IMG/VR virus record: IMGVR_UViG_3300005095_000072
Coordinates: 54,426 to 118,425 of that record
From: a virus
DNA: 64,000 bases
Strand: one strand, 5' to 3'
Both the position numbers and the translations under genes were made by a program. The notes under the pieces are model-generated. The model saw nothing but the letters and a program-made list of their open reading frames with translations, did not search any database and had not been told where the DNA came from. Position 1 is the stretch's first letter, and each line of letters starts with the position of its first letter. Shown piece by piece: positions 45,165 to 55,077 of the stretch.

Positions 45165-47726
45165 ATGGGTAGTGCAAAAGTAACGATAAGACAGCAAGAT
45201 AGAACATTAACTATTCCTAGTCTATCATCTGTTTATGGTGGTATAGCTATTAGAGCTAATAAAGGTAAAATAGGAGAACCTTTCCTTGTAACAGGTGAAG
45301 ATGAACTGATAGATAATTTTGGTGAGCCTTTGTTGGCTTCAACTGGGTATTACTCTGCTATGACTTATCTTGGTGAGTCAAATAAGTTGTGGGTAGTGAG
45401 AGCCGCACACGAAGATGTTAAGTATTCTGTGGCTTTAGTTAGAAGTAAAGTAAGCAATATTCCAACAGACCCTATCATAGATGGGTATATCCCTGACCCT
45501 ATTGTTAAACCTTTAGATGGTGGAATGACACAAGAAGAGTTAGATAGTTATATCTTCCCACTGTACAGCACAGATAGAATATATGAGTTAGCAGAAAATA
45601 CAATCTTTGCAAATGCAGATGATACAACTAAAGTTAGATTAAATAACCTTGATGGTCTTAAAGTTGGTGATAAGCTAGTATTTAACACAGGAGATATAAA
45701 TTCTCTTAATAATGATAATATAGCTTATGGTATAGTTGATTTATATACTCAAGATTTAACTTATGATAAAATAACAGTAGATACAGCTATAAGTGGGGGT
45801 GAAGGTGTTGAGGTATTTAAAGATGATGGAGAGGGGAACCTAACAGCTTATCCAAACCATCCTAAAGTAGTTAGAGATTTTACTAGTTCTAAAGAGATTT
45901 TAGTAGATAATGCAGACTATATAGCAAATGGAGATTTAATCTCTATAGGTGGAGCAACTGCTACTTTCGAAAGCAAAGAAGTATATCAAGAAGTAGGTAG
46001 CTTTGTAGAGCTTGACAATAAAGTTACTTTAACAAAAGACTATAAGGTATATAAAATCTTACAAGATAAAATGGAAGACAGAGATGCTTTCTTGGTTGCT
46101 AGTGCAAATCAAGGTAAATGGGGTAATAAAATCTCTATAGGTATAGCACCTGCAAAAGATGATATAGAACTAGGAGCTTTCTTAGTCTTAGTTTATTATG
46201 ATGGGGTACAGGTTGAAACTTGGAAAGTATCAAGAAAACAAGTTATCAATGGTAATGGAGACCAGTTATATTTAGAAGATGTTATCAATGGTAAATCTAA
46301 ATACATCTTAGTTAAAAACAATGTAGCAGATGTTAGCTATATTGATGGAGAACCTGAGTTACCTTTATTTACTAATTATAGTTTATGGTTACAAAATCCA
46401 ACTGATTTATTCCAAAAACAAAGTATAACTTTAGAAGAGAACTTACTTCAAGGTCATACAGAGGTTAAGTTAAATTCAGTTGCAGGTTTAGCTGTAGGGA
46501 ATAGAATCAAGTTCGAGATAGACATCAATGATAAACTATCTTCTGAGTATAAAATCTTGTCTATAGATAGTAATAACAACACTATTATCTTAGATAGACC
46601 TATAGTTGAGGTAGAGATAAACAAAGAGATTATAGATGAAAATGGAAGTACTTATACTGCAAGTCTATATAAATTTGATGATACTGTAACAGATTTAGCA
46701 AATGGTATCAAAAATGGAGTGCAGTATTATCCATTAACTAAACTAGATAAAGTTTATTATAACTATCCTATGGGTGTTAGCTTTAGTATAAGTGGCATTG
46801 ATGGTAAACTTGTTGATGCAGGTGCAAACCTTATGAAAGGTGGGGATGACGGAAGTCCTGTTACTGTTTCTGATATGGTAAATGCTATTAAACTGTTATC
46901 CAATAGAGAAGAAACTCCTGTAACATTGTTACTTGATGGAGGATACACTGTTCCTGCTTATGCACAAGCTCTTTATGAAGTGGCTAAAAATCACGATTTA
47001 ACTCATGTGTATTTATCTTCTGATATAAATGCTGAGTTAAGTGCTAACTATAAAAATGAGATAGTTGATTATAAAGCAAGTCTTAACTTAAACACTGAAA
47101 AAGCAAGTGTATTTACAGGTTGGTTAAAAGTTTTAGATGAATATAATCAAAAAGAACTTTATATTGCACCAGACGGTTTCGCCGCCGCTTCACAAGTATT
47201 TACAACAGATAACTATGCTATGTGGTATCCAGCCGCAGGTTGGAAACGAGGTAAAATCGTTGCTCTTGATATAACTAGAAAATTCTCTGAGGGAGATAGA
47301 GACTGGTTTGTAGATAATAGAATAAACCCTATTAGATATAAAAAAGGTTCAGGCTTAGTTATATGGGGTAATGAAACTCTTATCAGTAACCCATCTCCAT
47401 TACAACTTAGAAGTGTAGCTATGCTGTTAATCTATATCAAATATGGATTATATGAAGCACTTGAAAATGTAGAGTTCGACTTAAATGATGAAACAACTTG
47501 GAGCTTAGTTGAAGGCTCTATAGATGGCTTTATGAGAGATGATGTACAAGCTAAAAGAGGTGTTTATAGTTATAGAGTAGCTGTTAAAGATGTTATAACT
47601 GATACAGATATAGCAAATAGAAGGATGCCTGTATTCTTAGGTATTCAACCAACTATGGATATAAAAGAGATACCTGTTACCCTTGCTATATATAACAAGG
47701 GACAAAAAATAGAAGTAAGTGTGTAA
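45165..47726 (+). CDS. contractile tail sheath protein
   Basis: LIDNFGEP, LWVVRA, GKWGNKI, WYPAAGWKRG, INPI, IWGNETL, FDLND..TW. Confidence 0.93.
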   Translation: MGSAKVTIRQQDRTLTIPSLSSVYGGIAIRANKGKIGEPFLVTGEDELIDNFGEPLLASTGYYSAMTYLGESNKLWVVRAAHEDVKYSVALVRSKVSNIPTDPIIDGYIPDPIVKPLDGGMTQEELDSYIFPLYSTDRIYELAENTIFANADDTTKVRLNNLDGLKVGDKLVFNTGDINSLNNDNIAYGIVDLYTQDLTYDKITVDTAISGGEGVEVFKDDGEGNLTAYPNHPKVVRDFTSSKEILVDNADYIANGDLISIGGATATFESKEVYQEVGSFVELDNKVTLTKDYKVYKILQDKMEDRDAFLVASANQGKWGNKISIGIAPAKDDIELGAFLVLVYYDGVQVETWKVSRKQVINGNGDQLYLEDVINGKSKYILVKNNVADVSYIDGEPELPLFTNYSLWLQNPTDLFQKQSITLEENLLQGHTEVKLNSVAGLAVGNRIKFEIDINDKLSSEYKILSIDSNNNTIILDRPIVEVEINKEIIDENGSTYTASLYKFDDTVTDLANGIKNGVQYYPLTKLDKVYYNYPMGVSFSISGIDGKLVDAGANLMKGGDDGSPVTVSDMVNAIKLLSNREETPVTLLLDGGYTVPAYAQALYEVAKNHDLTHVYLSSDINAELSANYKNEIVDYKASLNLNTEKASVFTGWLKVLDEYNQKELYIAPDGFAAASQVFTTDNYAMWYPAAGWKRGKIVALDITRKFSEGDRDWFVDNRINPIRYKKGSGLVIWGNETLISNPSPLQLRSVAMLLIYIKYGLYEALENVEFDLNDETTWSLVEGSIDGFMRDDVQAKRGVYSYRVAVKDVITDTDIANRRMPVFLGIQPTMDIKEIPVTLAIYNKGQKIEVSV

Positions 47727-47736
47727 GGAGAACGGT

Positions 47737-48279
47737 ATGCAAATAGGTATAAATAAAAGAAAAGCATTGTTAGGCGAAGCTCAATCACTCTTACATTGGG
47801 ATGTCGAGATCGTTAATCCTCCAAAGGCAATAGGAGCACCTCCAAAAGGTTTTCCTATTAGGATAACAACTTCTGATATGCCGATAGAACAAGAAGAGTA
47901 TCAAGATGTAGAGCTTGGAGGTCATTCTTGGACTGGCTCAGTTAAAGTGATAAAAGCAGGAGAAATTAACTTCGAGCTATTTGAAGGAACTGACCAAGTA
48001 GTAAAAGACTATTTCTTGAAATTGCTAAATGCTAAATGGTCAGGAGATGGAAAAGAGACTTATGGTATTCAGCACACTATGGCTGATTTAAAATGTGATG
48101 TTAAAATTACATTGAGAGGACCTGATGATAAACCTACAAGAACTTATCTTTTAATAGGAACACTAATAAGGAGAACAAGTGTAGGTAGCTTAGGTCAAAC
48201 AGCAGAGTTGCAAAGAATAGGTGGTGCTATGAAGTATGATGACTTCCACGAAGGCACTGGAGGAAATGTAGTTTATTAA
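47737..48279 (+). CDS. tail tube protein
   Basis: Directly after sheath, ~180 aa; start ATG 47737 after AAGGAG. Confidence 0.8.
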   Translation: MQIGINKRKALLGEAQSLLHWDVEIVNPPKAIGAPPKGFPIRITTSDMPIEQEEYQDVELGGHSWTGSVKVIKAGEINFELFEGTDQVVKDYFLKLLNAKWSGDGKETYGIQHTMADLKCDVKITLRGPDDKPTRTYLLIGTLIRRTSVGSLGQTAELQRIGGAMKYDDFHEGTGGNVVY

Positions 48280-48292
48280 GCTACTAAAGAAA

Positions 48293-48317
48293 AGTTAAGA
48301 GGAAAAACCTCTTAACT
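48293..48317. terminator. hairpin after tail tube gene
   Basis: AGTTAAGAGG-AAAAA-CCTCTTAACT perfect 10-bp stem. Confidence 0.55.
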
Positions 48318-48340
48318 AATATTATAAGGAGAAAAGAACA

Positions 48341-48868
48341 ATGAAGATAATTGCAGGACTAAAAAATTTAGATGGGGTAAGTGGATATACTGTAGTTATA
48401 ACTTTATATTCAGAAACAGAACCTATAAAAGGTGTGATAAATAAAAAAGCAGTAGAAAAACTTTATCAAAAAATAGATATTATTTTAAAAGATAAAATGT
48501 TTAAAGGCATGAAAGTTGGTCGTATTCCTAAACCAAAAGAAAGTAATGGCGAAATAAGGCAAGGTATTATTGTAATAAATATTAAAGGAGTGGGTTCTAG
48601 TGTAGATTTACAGAAAAAAAGTGAAGAATTTATAAATAAACTAAAAACTATTTTAGGGGTGAAATCTCAAAAAGGATACAATAATAGTTTAACTGCTATA
48701 TCTATACATATAAGAAGTTTATATTCAGGATTTGAAAAAAGAGCAGACAAACTTTTTGATAAAAAACCGACAGGATTATATAAGGCAGAAGCTTTTGCAG
48801 GATATATAAAATCTTCTAAGGCTATTATTTTAGATAAAAAGAAGTTTGAAAATATGCTAATAGGTTAA
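48341..48868 (+). CDS. hypothetical protein with MKIIAG N-terminus
   Basis: Inserted in tail operon; tag motif. Confidence 0.65.
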   Translation: MKIIAGLKNLDGVSGYTVVITLYSETEPIKGVINKKAVEKLYQKIDIILKDKMFKGMKVGRIPKPKESNGEIRQGIIVINIKGVGSSVDLQKKSEEFINKLKTILGVKSQKGYNNSLTAISIHIRSLYSGFEKRADKLFDKKPTGLYKAEAFAGYIKSSKAIILDKKKFENMLIG

Positions 48869-48881
48869 AAGGAACTAAAAG

Positions 48882-49412
48882 ATGAAGATAGGTTTAAATC
48901 AATTAAAAAAAATAGGAGAAATTGGAAATAACTCAAATTGGTTAGTCAGATTTAGTAAACCATCTTCATCTTCTGTTTCTGTGTCAAATACTTTAAATGC
49001 TATTGATAATAAATGGTTTCCTGCTATGAGTGTAGATTATAACCAACTTTCTGTTACAAAGGTTGATGTAACAATAGGACCTGATTTAGTTATTCCTATA
49101 CCTGTAAAAGCTGAGAAAGCTAGTAAGGTATCTATAGGGTTTTATGATAAAGATTTAAAAACTTTAAGATTAGCTTTAATCTCTTGGGTAGAAAATAACA
49201 CTAAATTGTATAATAAGCATCTTGCACCAGATATATCTAAATTGAAAAGTATTGCTTTACAGTTAGATATTATTCACACAACTAAGCAAAAACAAGAGGT
49301 GTATAAAGATTCTTATTATGTAATATTAGATGAAGATATATCTTTTCATGGAGATTATCAATTTTTACTAGACACTAATACAGTAAGTTTTATGATTGTA
49401 GGGTATAATTAA
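48882..49412 (+). CDS. tail tube-like baseplate protein
   Basis: N-terminus MKIGLNQLK resembles tube MQIGINKRK; similar size. Confidence 0.55.
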   Translation: MKIGLNQLKKIGEIGNNSNWLVRFSKPSSSSVSVSNTLNAIDNKWFPAMSVDYNQLSVTKVDVTIGPDLVIPIPVKAEKASKVSIGFYDKDLKTLRLALISWVENNTKLYNKHLAPDISKLKSIALQLDIIHTTKQKQEVYKDSYYVILDEDISFHGDYQFLLDTNTVSFMIVGYN

Positions 49413-49437
49413 AAATAAAAAACAAAAAGGAAGAACA

Positions 49438-49698
49438 ATGAAAATAATTGCAGGGTTACAAAGTAAAGCAAATATTGCAGTTTATACTGTATTTTTTAAA
49501 AACAATGAAGATATGAATAAAGCTTTAAAATTAAATGATAAACTAAAAATAGTTCCTGATAGTGAAATTGAAAATATAGAAAAAGAGTCAAACGATAGAT
49601 TAGCACATTTTGATTTTTCTTCTAAATATGCATCTCAGTTTGATATAGAGATAGCAAAGAAGTTAAAATTAAAAGTGGGTTATGCTCTATCAAAATAA
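49438..49698 (+). CDS. small protein with MKIIAGLQSKA N-terminus
   Basis: Inserted in tail operon; tag motif. Confidence 0.65.
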   Translation: MKIIAGLQSKANIAVYTVFFKNNEDMNKALKLNDKLKIVPDSEIENIEKESNDRLAHFDFSSKYASQFDIEIAKKLKLKVGYALSK

Positions 49699-49715
49699 AA
49701 ATAAGGAACTAAAAG

Positions 49716-50588
49716 ATGAGTGAGAATATAAATAGTTCAGACTATATAGTTATTGCTAAGGAAGACTTTCCTACAAAGTTTAGAAGTTATACTCATGTAA
49801 AAGAGATATACACTAGAGGATTATATTATAGTGAAGCAAACACTTTAGCAAAATATATAGGAACTGAATTAGTTTTATATTCTCAATTAGCTAAGTTATA
49901 TGAAAATGTAATTAAGTTCCCTGAAGACTCAAATCTTACTATATATGATATGGAGATAGGAGATTTTATTATAGCTATGATAATCTCTTCTATCTATACT
50001 AAAAAACATTTTGGATGGATACCTAGTGTTGATTGTCCTCATGTGATTAAGAACCCTGAAATAGGTGCTACAATAAAAGATATTGAAAAGCTACAGAATT
50101 TACCTATTTTAAGTGAAGAAGAACAGAAAGAGCTAGAAGAACTTAAAAAGAAATTAGGTATATTACCTGAAGAAGTTCCATGTAAAGGTAAAGTGAAAGA
50201 ATTGATAACTTTAGATGATTTAGATATAGAAACTTTTGTTAATCTTGAGGTACCTAAAAAAGTTATATTGCAAAACGGTAAAATAGAAAAAAACATAAGA
50301 CCTTTAACTGTTAGAGATTTAATTATTTTAAATGAAAAAGATTTTAGTGATATAGAAAAAATAGACAAGAACTTAATGTCTTATGCTTTACTTATAGATG
50401 ATAAGGATATATCTTATAAGGAAAAATACAATATAGTTATAAAAAGCTTATATGGAGAGTTGATAGACTTAATAGAATACAATAAAAGATGTGAGTTACA
50501 TATTAATCCTATATATAAAAGATGCGAGTATTGTAGAAAAGAAGTTAAGCTTAAACTAGGATTGATGTCATTAAAGGCTTATCCCTAA
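49716..50588 (+). CDS. tail assembly chaperone / baseplate hub assembly protein
   Basis: DFPT...Y, CPH, RPLTV.D, CEYC zinc; immediately upstream of tape measure. Confidence 0.65.
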   Translation: MSENINSSDYIVIAKEDFPTKFRSYTHVKEIYTRGLYYSEANTLAKYIGTELVLYSQLAKLYENVIKFPEDSNLTIYDMEIGDFIIAMIISSIYTKKHFGWIPSVDCPHVIKNPEIGATIKDIEKLQNLPILSEEEQKELEELKKKLGILPEEVPCKGKVKELITLDDLDIETFVNLEVPKKVILQNGKIEKNIRPLTVRDLIILNEKDFSDIEKIDKNLMSYALLIDDKDISYKEKYNIVIKSLYGELIDLIEYNKRCELHINPIYKRCEYCRKEVKLKLGLMSLKAYP

Positions 50589-50736
50589 CTTTAAGTATTC
50601 AAGTATTATTCAAAACAGATTAACATATATGAAATGGTTTAATATGGACATTTCTGAAAATGCTTTCTATGAAGATGTTATTAATTTATTAGAGCTTGAA
50701 AAAGAAAAACGAGAAAAAGAGAAGAACAAGTCATAA
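50584..50736 (+). CDS. +1 frameshift extension of tail chaperone (predicted)
   Basis: CCC-TAA at 50583-50588; +1 frame open 50 codons to TAA 50734-50736. Confidence 0.6.
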   Translation, partial: PNFKYSSIIQNRLTYMKWFNMDISENAFYEDVINLLELEKEKREKEKNKS

Positions 50737-50745
50737 GGACTTATA

Positions 50746-53700
50746 ATGGCAAAGAAAAAACAAGAAGAGTTACTTTATGTGTGGGATAGTGATGGAGGTT
50801 TTTATAGACCTGTTGCACCTAATGATAAAGTTTATTACGATGAAAAAGATATAATAAGAACTATTCCTAAAAACAATACAGTAAATAAAGCTAATCTTTA
50901 TATTAAAGGAAAGGATTATTTTACTGAACCTAAAGTTAATAAAACAAGTAAGACAAATAAGCAAGATAAAGATTTAGTATCCCTAAAAGATTTAAATTTA
51001 TTGAAGAGAAATATAGAGAACTCTGATTTAACTAAAATTGTGAAAGAGTTAAACGAAATATTAAATAAAATTTCTAATGAAGAAATACAGCAAAAAAGTA
51101 AAAAAGCTTTAGATACCTTAAAAGAATTACAAAAAGTAAAAAATAAAAAAGTCTTACCTGATAACCCTAAATATAATGAACTGAAAAAAGAGAAGTTATT
51201 ATTGAACACTAAATTAGTAAATGAATTAACTTCAATTCAAGATTATATAGACAATTTAACAGATAAAATAGAAGGTATAGAACACCGAATAAATAGCTCT
51301 AAGTATATATCTAAAAAATCTAAGAGAAGTTATGAAAGTGTATTAAATCATATTGAGAAAAAAGAAGACTTACAAAAGCTTGAAAAGATAATAACTAAAG
51401 AGTCTCTATCTAGCGAATTGTTGATAAAAATGTTATCTAGTATTAAGCAGGACATAGAAGCTAAAAAAGAAGACTTTGAAAAAGAGGGAATAGATTATCA
51501 AAAAGAATATTTATCTAAGATTGATGAAATAGCAATTAATTATCAAAAAACAGGATTACTAGACACTTCTGAGATAAAGAAGATAATTAAGTCATTAGAC
51601 GAGTCATCTGTAGATGTTAATATTAGAGTAGATATAAAAGATAGTTTAAGAAAACTTGAAGAGAGTACTTACATTAAAACTATTCAAAATTTATTAAGTG
51701 AGCAGGTAGATATTTTTACTAAAACTTTAAGTAAAGATGAAGAGAAAAAGATAGAACCTATTAAAAAAGAATATCAAGCCGGAAGCTTGTCTTTTAAAGA
51801 TTTTACTAAAAAGGTATCTGAGGTAGGGATTAATATAGAACGGCTCTCTAAAGTCATTGACAGTCTTTCTGAAAGTAATAGATTAAAAGATAATCTTATT
51901 CAGTCTTATATGGAGAAAATTAAGGATAATTTTAGTTCTGAAAAAGATAAAAAAGAGTTATTTTACCTCGAAGAGTTATACAGACAGAATAAAATAACTA
52001 CAGAAGAGATAACTAATCAAATAAAAGCTCTCTCTAAAGGGTTAGATAATAAATCCCAAAGTAAAGTAGAAGAGTATCTGTATGAATTAAAGACTACAAA
52101 TGAGGTCTTAGTCGAGAACTCTAAAGAAACTAACCTTGATAAGATAGCAGAACAGAATAAGTTAGAAAGAGAAGAGAAACTTATTGAAACATTAGAAGAT
52201 GCTACTAATTCTTTGAAAGATATAAAAGCAGATAGAAATATTATGGGTAAAGTACTTGGCTCTTCTAGTGCAGAGGAGTTAGGAGAGAATTTAACTGATA
52301 CAGTTTTAGACCAAATAGGTGATGCATTAGATTTAGATTTTTTGAGAGATGAAGATAATCCAAATAAAGGTAAAAGAAGAAAAGGACGAAGAACTACAAG
52401 AGGTAAATCCAAAGGTAGATTTAAGTCTTTAAAAAATATCACTAAAAGATTTGGTAAGAAAGGTAAATTTTTATCTAAGCTTGGTGTGGTGTCTAAGATA
52501 CCAACTGTTGCTAAAGGTGCAGGTTTAATATCTGCAGGAGTAGGGTTATATAATTACACAACTGCTGAAAATGAAGAAGAACAAAAAGATGCAATAGGTA
52601 GTACTGTAGGTAGTTTTATAGGAGGGGGTTTAGGAACTTTCTTTGGACCTGCAGGGACAGTAATTGGAGCTTCTTTAGGTAGTATGGCAGGGAGCTATGT
52701 ATCAGGCTTATTTACAGATATTGATGACTATATACCTAATGATATAAAAGAAAAAGGGGTTATAGATGAATTAATGTACATTGATGAAGTCTTAGAACCT
52801 CAAGTAGAGCAGTCAATTCAAAATAAAGATGGTAGCTTTGAAAAAGATGATTTAGATGAACTTAGAAAATATAGAAAAGAGTTAGAGAGTGAAAAGTTAC
52901 CAAATTATCTTAAAAGTTTAGTTAATAAACAAAACAACTACCAAGATGATAAAGTAAAAGCTAGAGGATTATTGAAAAAGCTATCTAATATACCTGATAA
53001 AAAGTTATACACCGAAATTGCTTCTATTCTTGATAAAGAGTATAAATTAAGTAAAAAAACAGATAGTAAGAACAATATAAAAGTAAAATCTCCTAAGATG
53101 TCTGTTGTAGCTAGTTATGCTTTAGGTGAAGATAAAGAGCTAACTAAAGAACAGAAAGAAGAAGCACAAAAAGGTAATAATACAGATATATTACCTAAGA
53201 TAAAAGATGAAGAACAGAAAAAAGAGAGTAAATCTTGGTTTAGTAGTGCTGTAGATAGCATTAAATCTTTCTTTGGGATAGGTGATGATAAACCTATAAC
53301 AACTTCTATGGATAGTAAATCCACAATGACACCGCAAGAGATGGCTAAGTATGCTCCTAGTTCAAGGATTACTTTACCATCAACTTCTAATTATGGATTT
53401 AACACTAAGCAGTTAATATCTGATTTAAGAAGAGATGAGGGGGTTATACTTCACAAATATAAAGACCATTTAGGCTATGACACTATAGGTGTAGGTCATC
53501 TTATCGATAAAAGAGCTGGTATTCCTCTTAGATATATCATAGGAGAAGATAAAAATAGGATAACTTCAAGTGAAGCAGATTTTATATTGCAGTATGATAT
53601 TAATAGAACAGCTAAATCTTTGTATAGCAGGTTGCCTTGGCTGAAACAACAACCTGAAAATATACAAAGAGATTTATTGAATATGGCTTTTAATATGGGA

Positions 53701-54363
53701 GTACCAGGGCTTTTAGGGTTTAAGAATACATTAAAGAAAATAAAAGAAGGTAAATACACTGAAGCTAGTTACGGATTACAAGATTCTTTATGGTATAAGC
53801 AAGTAGGTAAAAGAGCTAAAAGAATTGTAGCAGATGTTTATTACACTGGTTTAAGATTAGCTAATAAAAAGAAAAACACTACAAATGTTAAAGAACCTAA
53901 TGTTGCTATTGTTAAGGCAGGAGAAAAAACAGAAGCTAATAAAGTTAATACGCCTATAAACACTAAAGTAGCTAACCAAGATAATAATTGGATATTACCT
54001 AAAGATAAAGATAGTTCTAAGGTATCTGATAGTGTTGATATACCGGAAAGTAAGACTAGAATTATAGATGGATTGTTAGAGCAAGGTATTAGTAACCCTG
54101 TAACCTTGTCTCTAGGTGCAGATGTATCTGTAGAGCAGGTTAATAAATATTTAGAAAATAGAGGTAAAGTTAAATCTAGTAAATATGAAACAACTGGAGA
54201 TAAAGTTATTACAGCTAAAAACAACGAAGATAAATCAAGTAGTAAAGATAAAGTAGATAGTTCAAATAATACAGTCGTTAATAACACAACTGTATTTACT
54301 TCTAGTGGAGATGATTTTAGAATATCTAATCATGGTTTGGAGATTATGGCTAATGTAATATAG
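50746..54363 (+). CDS. tape measure protein with T4-type (GH24) lysozyme domain
   Basis: Long coiled coil, Gly-rich membrane segment, then RRDEG..HKYKDHLGYDTIGVGH ... NMAFNMG ... SLWYKQVGKRA. Confidence 0.85.
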   Translation: MAKKKQEELLYVWDSDGGFYRPVAPNDKVYYDEKDIIRTIPKNNTVNKANLYIKGKDYFTEPKVNKTSKTNKQDKDLVSLKDLNLLKRNIENSDLTKIVKELNEILNKISNEEIQQKSKKALDTLKELQKVKNKKVLPDNPKYNELKKEKLLLNTKLVNELTSIQDYIDNLTDKIEGIEHRINSSKYISKKSKRSYESVLNHIEKKEDLQKLEKIITKESLSSELLIKMLSSIKQDIEAKKEDFEKEGIDYQKEYLSKIDEIAINYQKTGLLDTSEIKKIIKSLDESSVDVNIRVDIKDSLRKLEESTYIKTIQNLLSEQVDIFTKTLSKDEEKKIEPIKKEYQAGSLSFKDFTKKVSEVGINIERLSKVIDSLSESNRLKDNLIQSYMEKIKDNFSSEKDKKELFYLEELYRQNKITTEEITNQIKALSKGLDNKSQSKVEEYLYELKTTNEVLVENSKETNLDKIAEQNKLEREEKLIETLEDATNSLKDIKADRNIMGKVLGSSSAEELGENLTDTVLDQIGDALDLDFLRDEDNPNKGKRRKGRRTTRGKSKGRFKSLKNITKRFGKKGKFLSKLGVVSKIPTVAKGAGLISAGVGLYNYTTAENEEEQKDAIGSTVGSFIGGGLGTFFGPAGTVIGASLGSMAGSYVSGLFTDIDDYIPNDIKEKGVIDELMYIDEVLEPQVEQSIQNKDGSFEKDDLDELRKYRKELESEKLPNYLKSLVNKQNNYQDDKVKARGLLKKLSNIPDKKLYTEIASILDKEYKLSKKTDSKNNIKVKSPKMSVVASYALGEDKELTKEQKEEAQKGNNTDILPKIKDEEQKKESKSWFSSAVDSIKSFFGIGDDKPITTSMDSKSTMTPQEMAKYAPSSRITLPSTSNYGFNTKQLISDLRRDEGVILHKYKDHLGYDTIGVGHLIDKRAGIPLRYIIGEDKNRITSSEADFILQYDINRTAKSLYSRLPWLKQQPENIQRDLLNMAFNMGVPGLLGFKNTLKKIKEGKYTEASYGLQDSLWYKQVGKRAKRIVADVYYTGLRLANKKKNTTNVKEPNVAIVKAGEKTEANKVNTPINTKVANQDNNWILPKDKDSSKVSDSVDIPESKTRIIDGLLEQGISNPVTLSLGADVSVEQVNKYLENRGKVKSSKYETTGDKVITAKNNEDKSSSKDKVDSSNNTVVNNTTVFTSSGDDFRISNHGLEIMANVI

Positions 54364-54377
54364 AGTAGGAGAGGATA

Positions 54378-55067
54378 ATGTTATTATATGATAAGCTTGA
54401 TGATTTATTAGACAATTATGGAGTTTCTATTATATCAGAAAAAGCAGATATAAGACTTACAGGACTTATAAACAATCCTAGTTTCTCTTATTCAAATTCA
54501 GCTAGTTTAAGCAATAATACTGCTGTTGCTATGACGGAAAATTTAGTTAAAGGTAGTATAAATTCTATAACTAAAAGAACAGGAACTAAAGCTTTGTGGG
54601 ATGCTATTAAAGGTAACTTTCAAACACTGAGAAGCACTTATAGAGGTTATGATAGTGCAGATATAACCTCTTTTTCTATCACAATGCACTTATTTCCTAA
54701 TAAATTTAGAAACGGTAGTGTCAAAGACATTGAATATCAATTAAGTAAATTAACCCAACCTGATACTAAGTTTGGAGATAAAGATAGAGACGGAAAAATA
54801 ACAGATTATATGAAAAGCTATCTTTATGATGTAAACACCTTTGAAGGTTTAGAACAAGGTAAAGATGTGTTTAAAGGTCAATTATTGTCTTTATATATTG
54901 GAAAGCACTTTAGAATTGATGGAGATTTATTCTGTGATAGTGTCAGCAGAGATGTATCTAAGTGGGTAACTGTTGATGGAACTCCTATTTATAAAGAAGT
55001 TACTTTTAATTTATCAACTTATAGGGTGATGAACGCAGAAGAACAAGCAAGTTGGGTATTAAGATAA
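54378..55067 (+). CDS. baseplate/tube initiator-like protein
   Basis: Position after tape measure. Confidence 0.5.
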   Translation: MLLYDKLDDLLDNYGVSIISEKADIRLTGLINNPSFSYSNSASLSNNTAVAMTENLVKGSINSITKRTGTKALWDAIKGNFQTLRSTYRGYDSADITSFSITMHLFPNKFRNGSVKDIEYQLSKLTQPDTKFGDKDRDGKITDYMKSYLYDVNTFEGLEQGKDVFKGQLLSLYIGKHFRIDGDLFCDSVSRDVSKWVTVDGTPIYKEVTFNLSTYRVMNAEEQASWVLR

Positions 55068-55077
55068 AGGATAATTT

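Noticed and set aside
34521-47736. Longer upstream starts given by the ORF track (34521, 34910, 37668, 39595, 47719; also 6735, 21601)
   Set aside because: Downstream ATGs have clear RBSs and avoid long overlaps; using them also exposes the MKIIA tag at 34584
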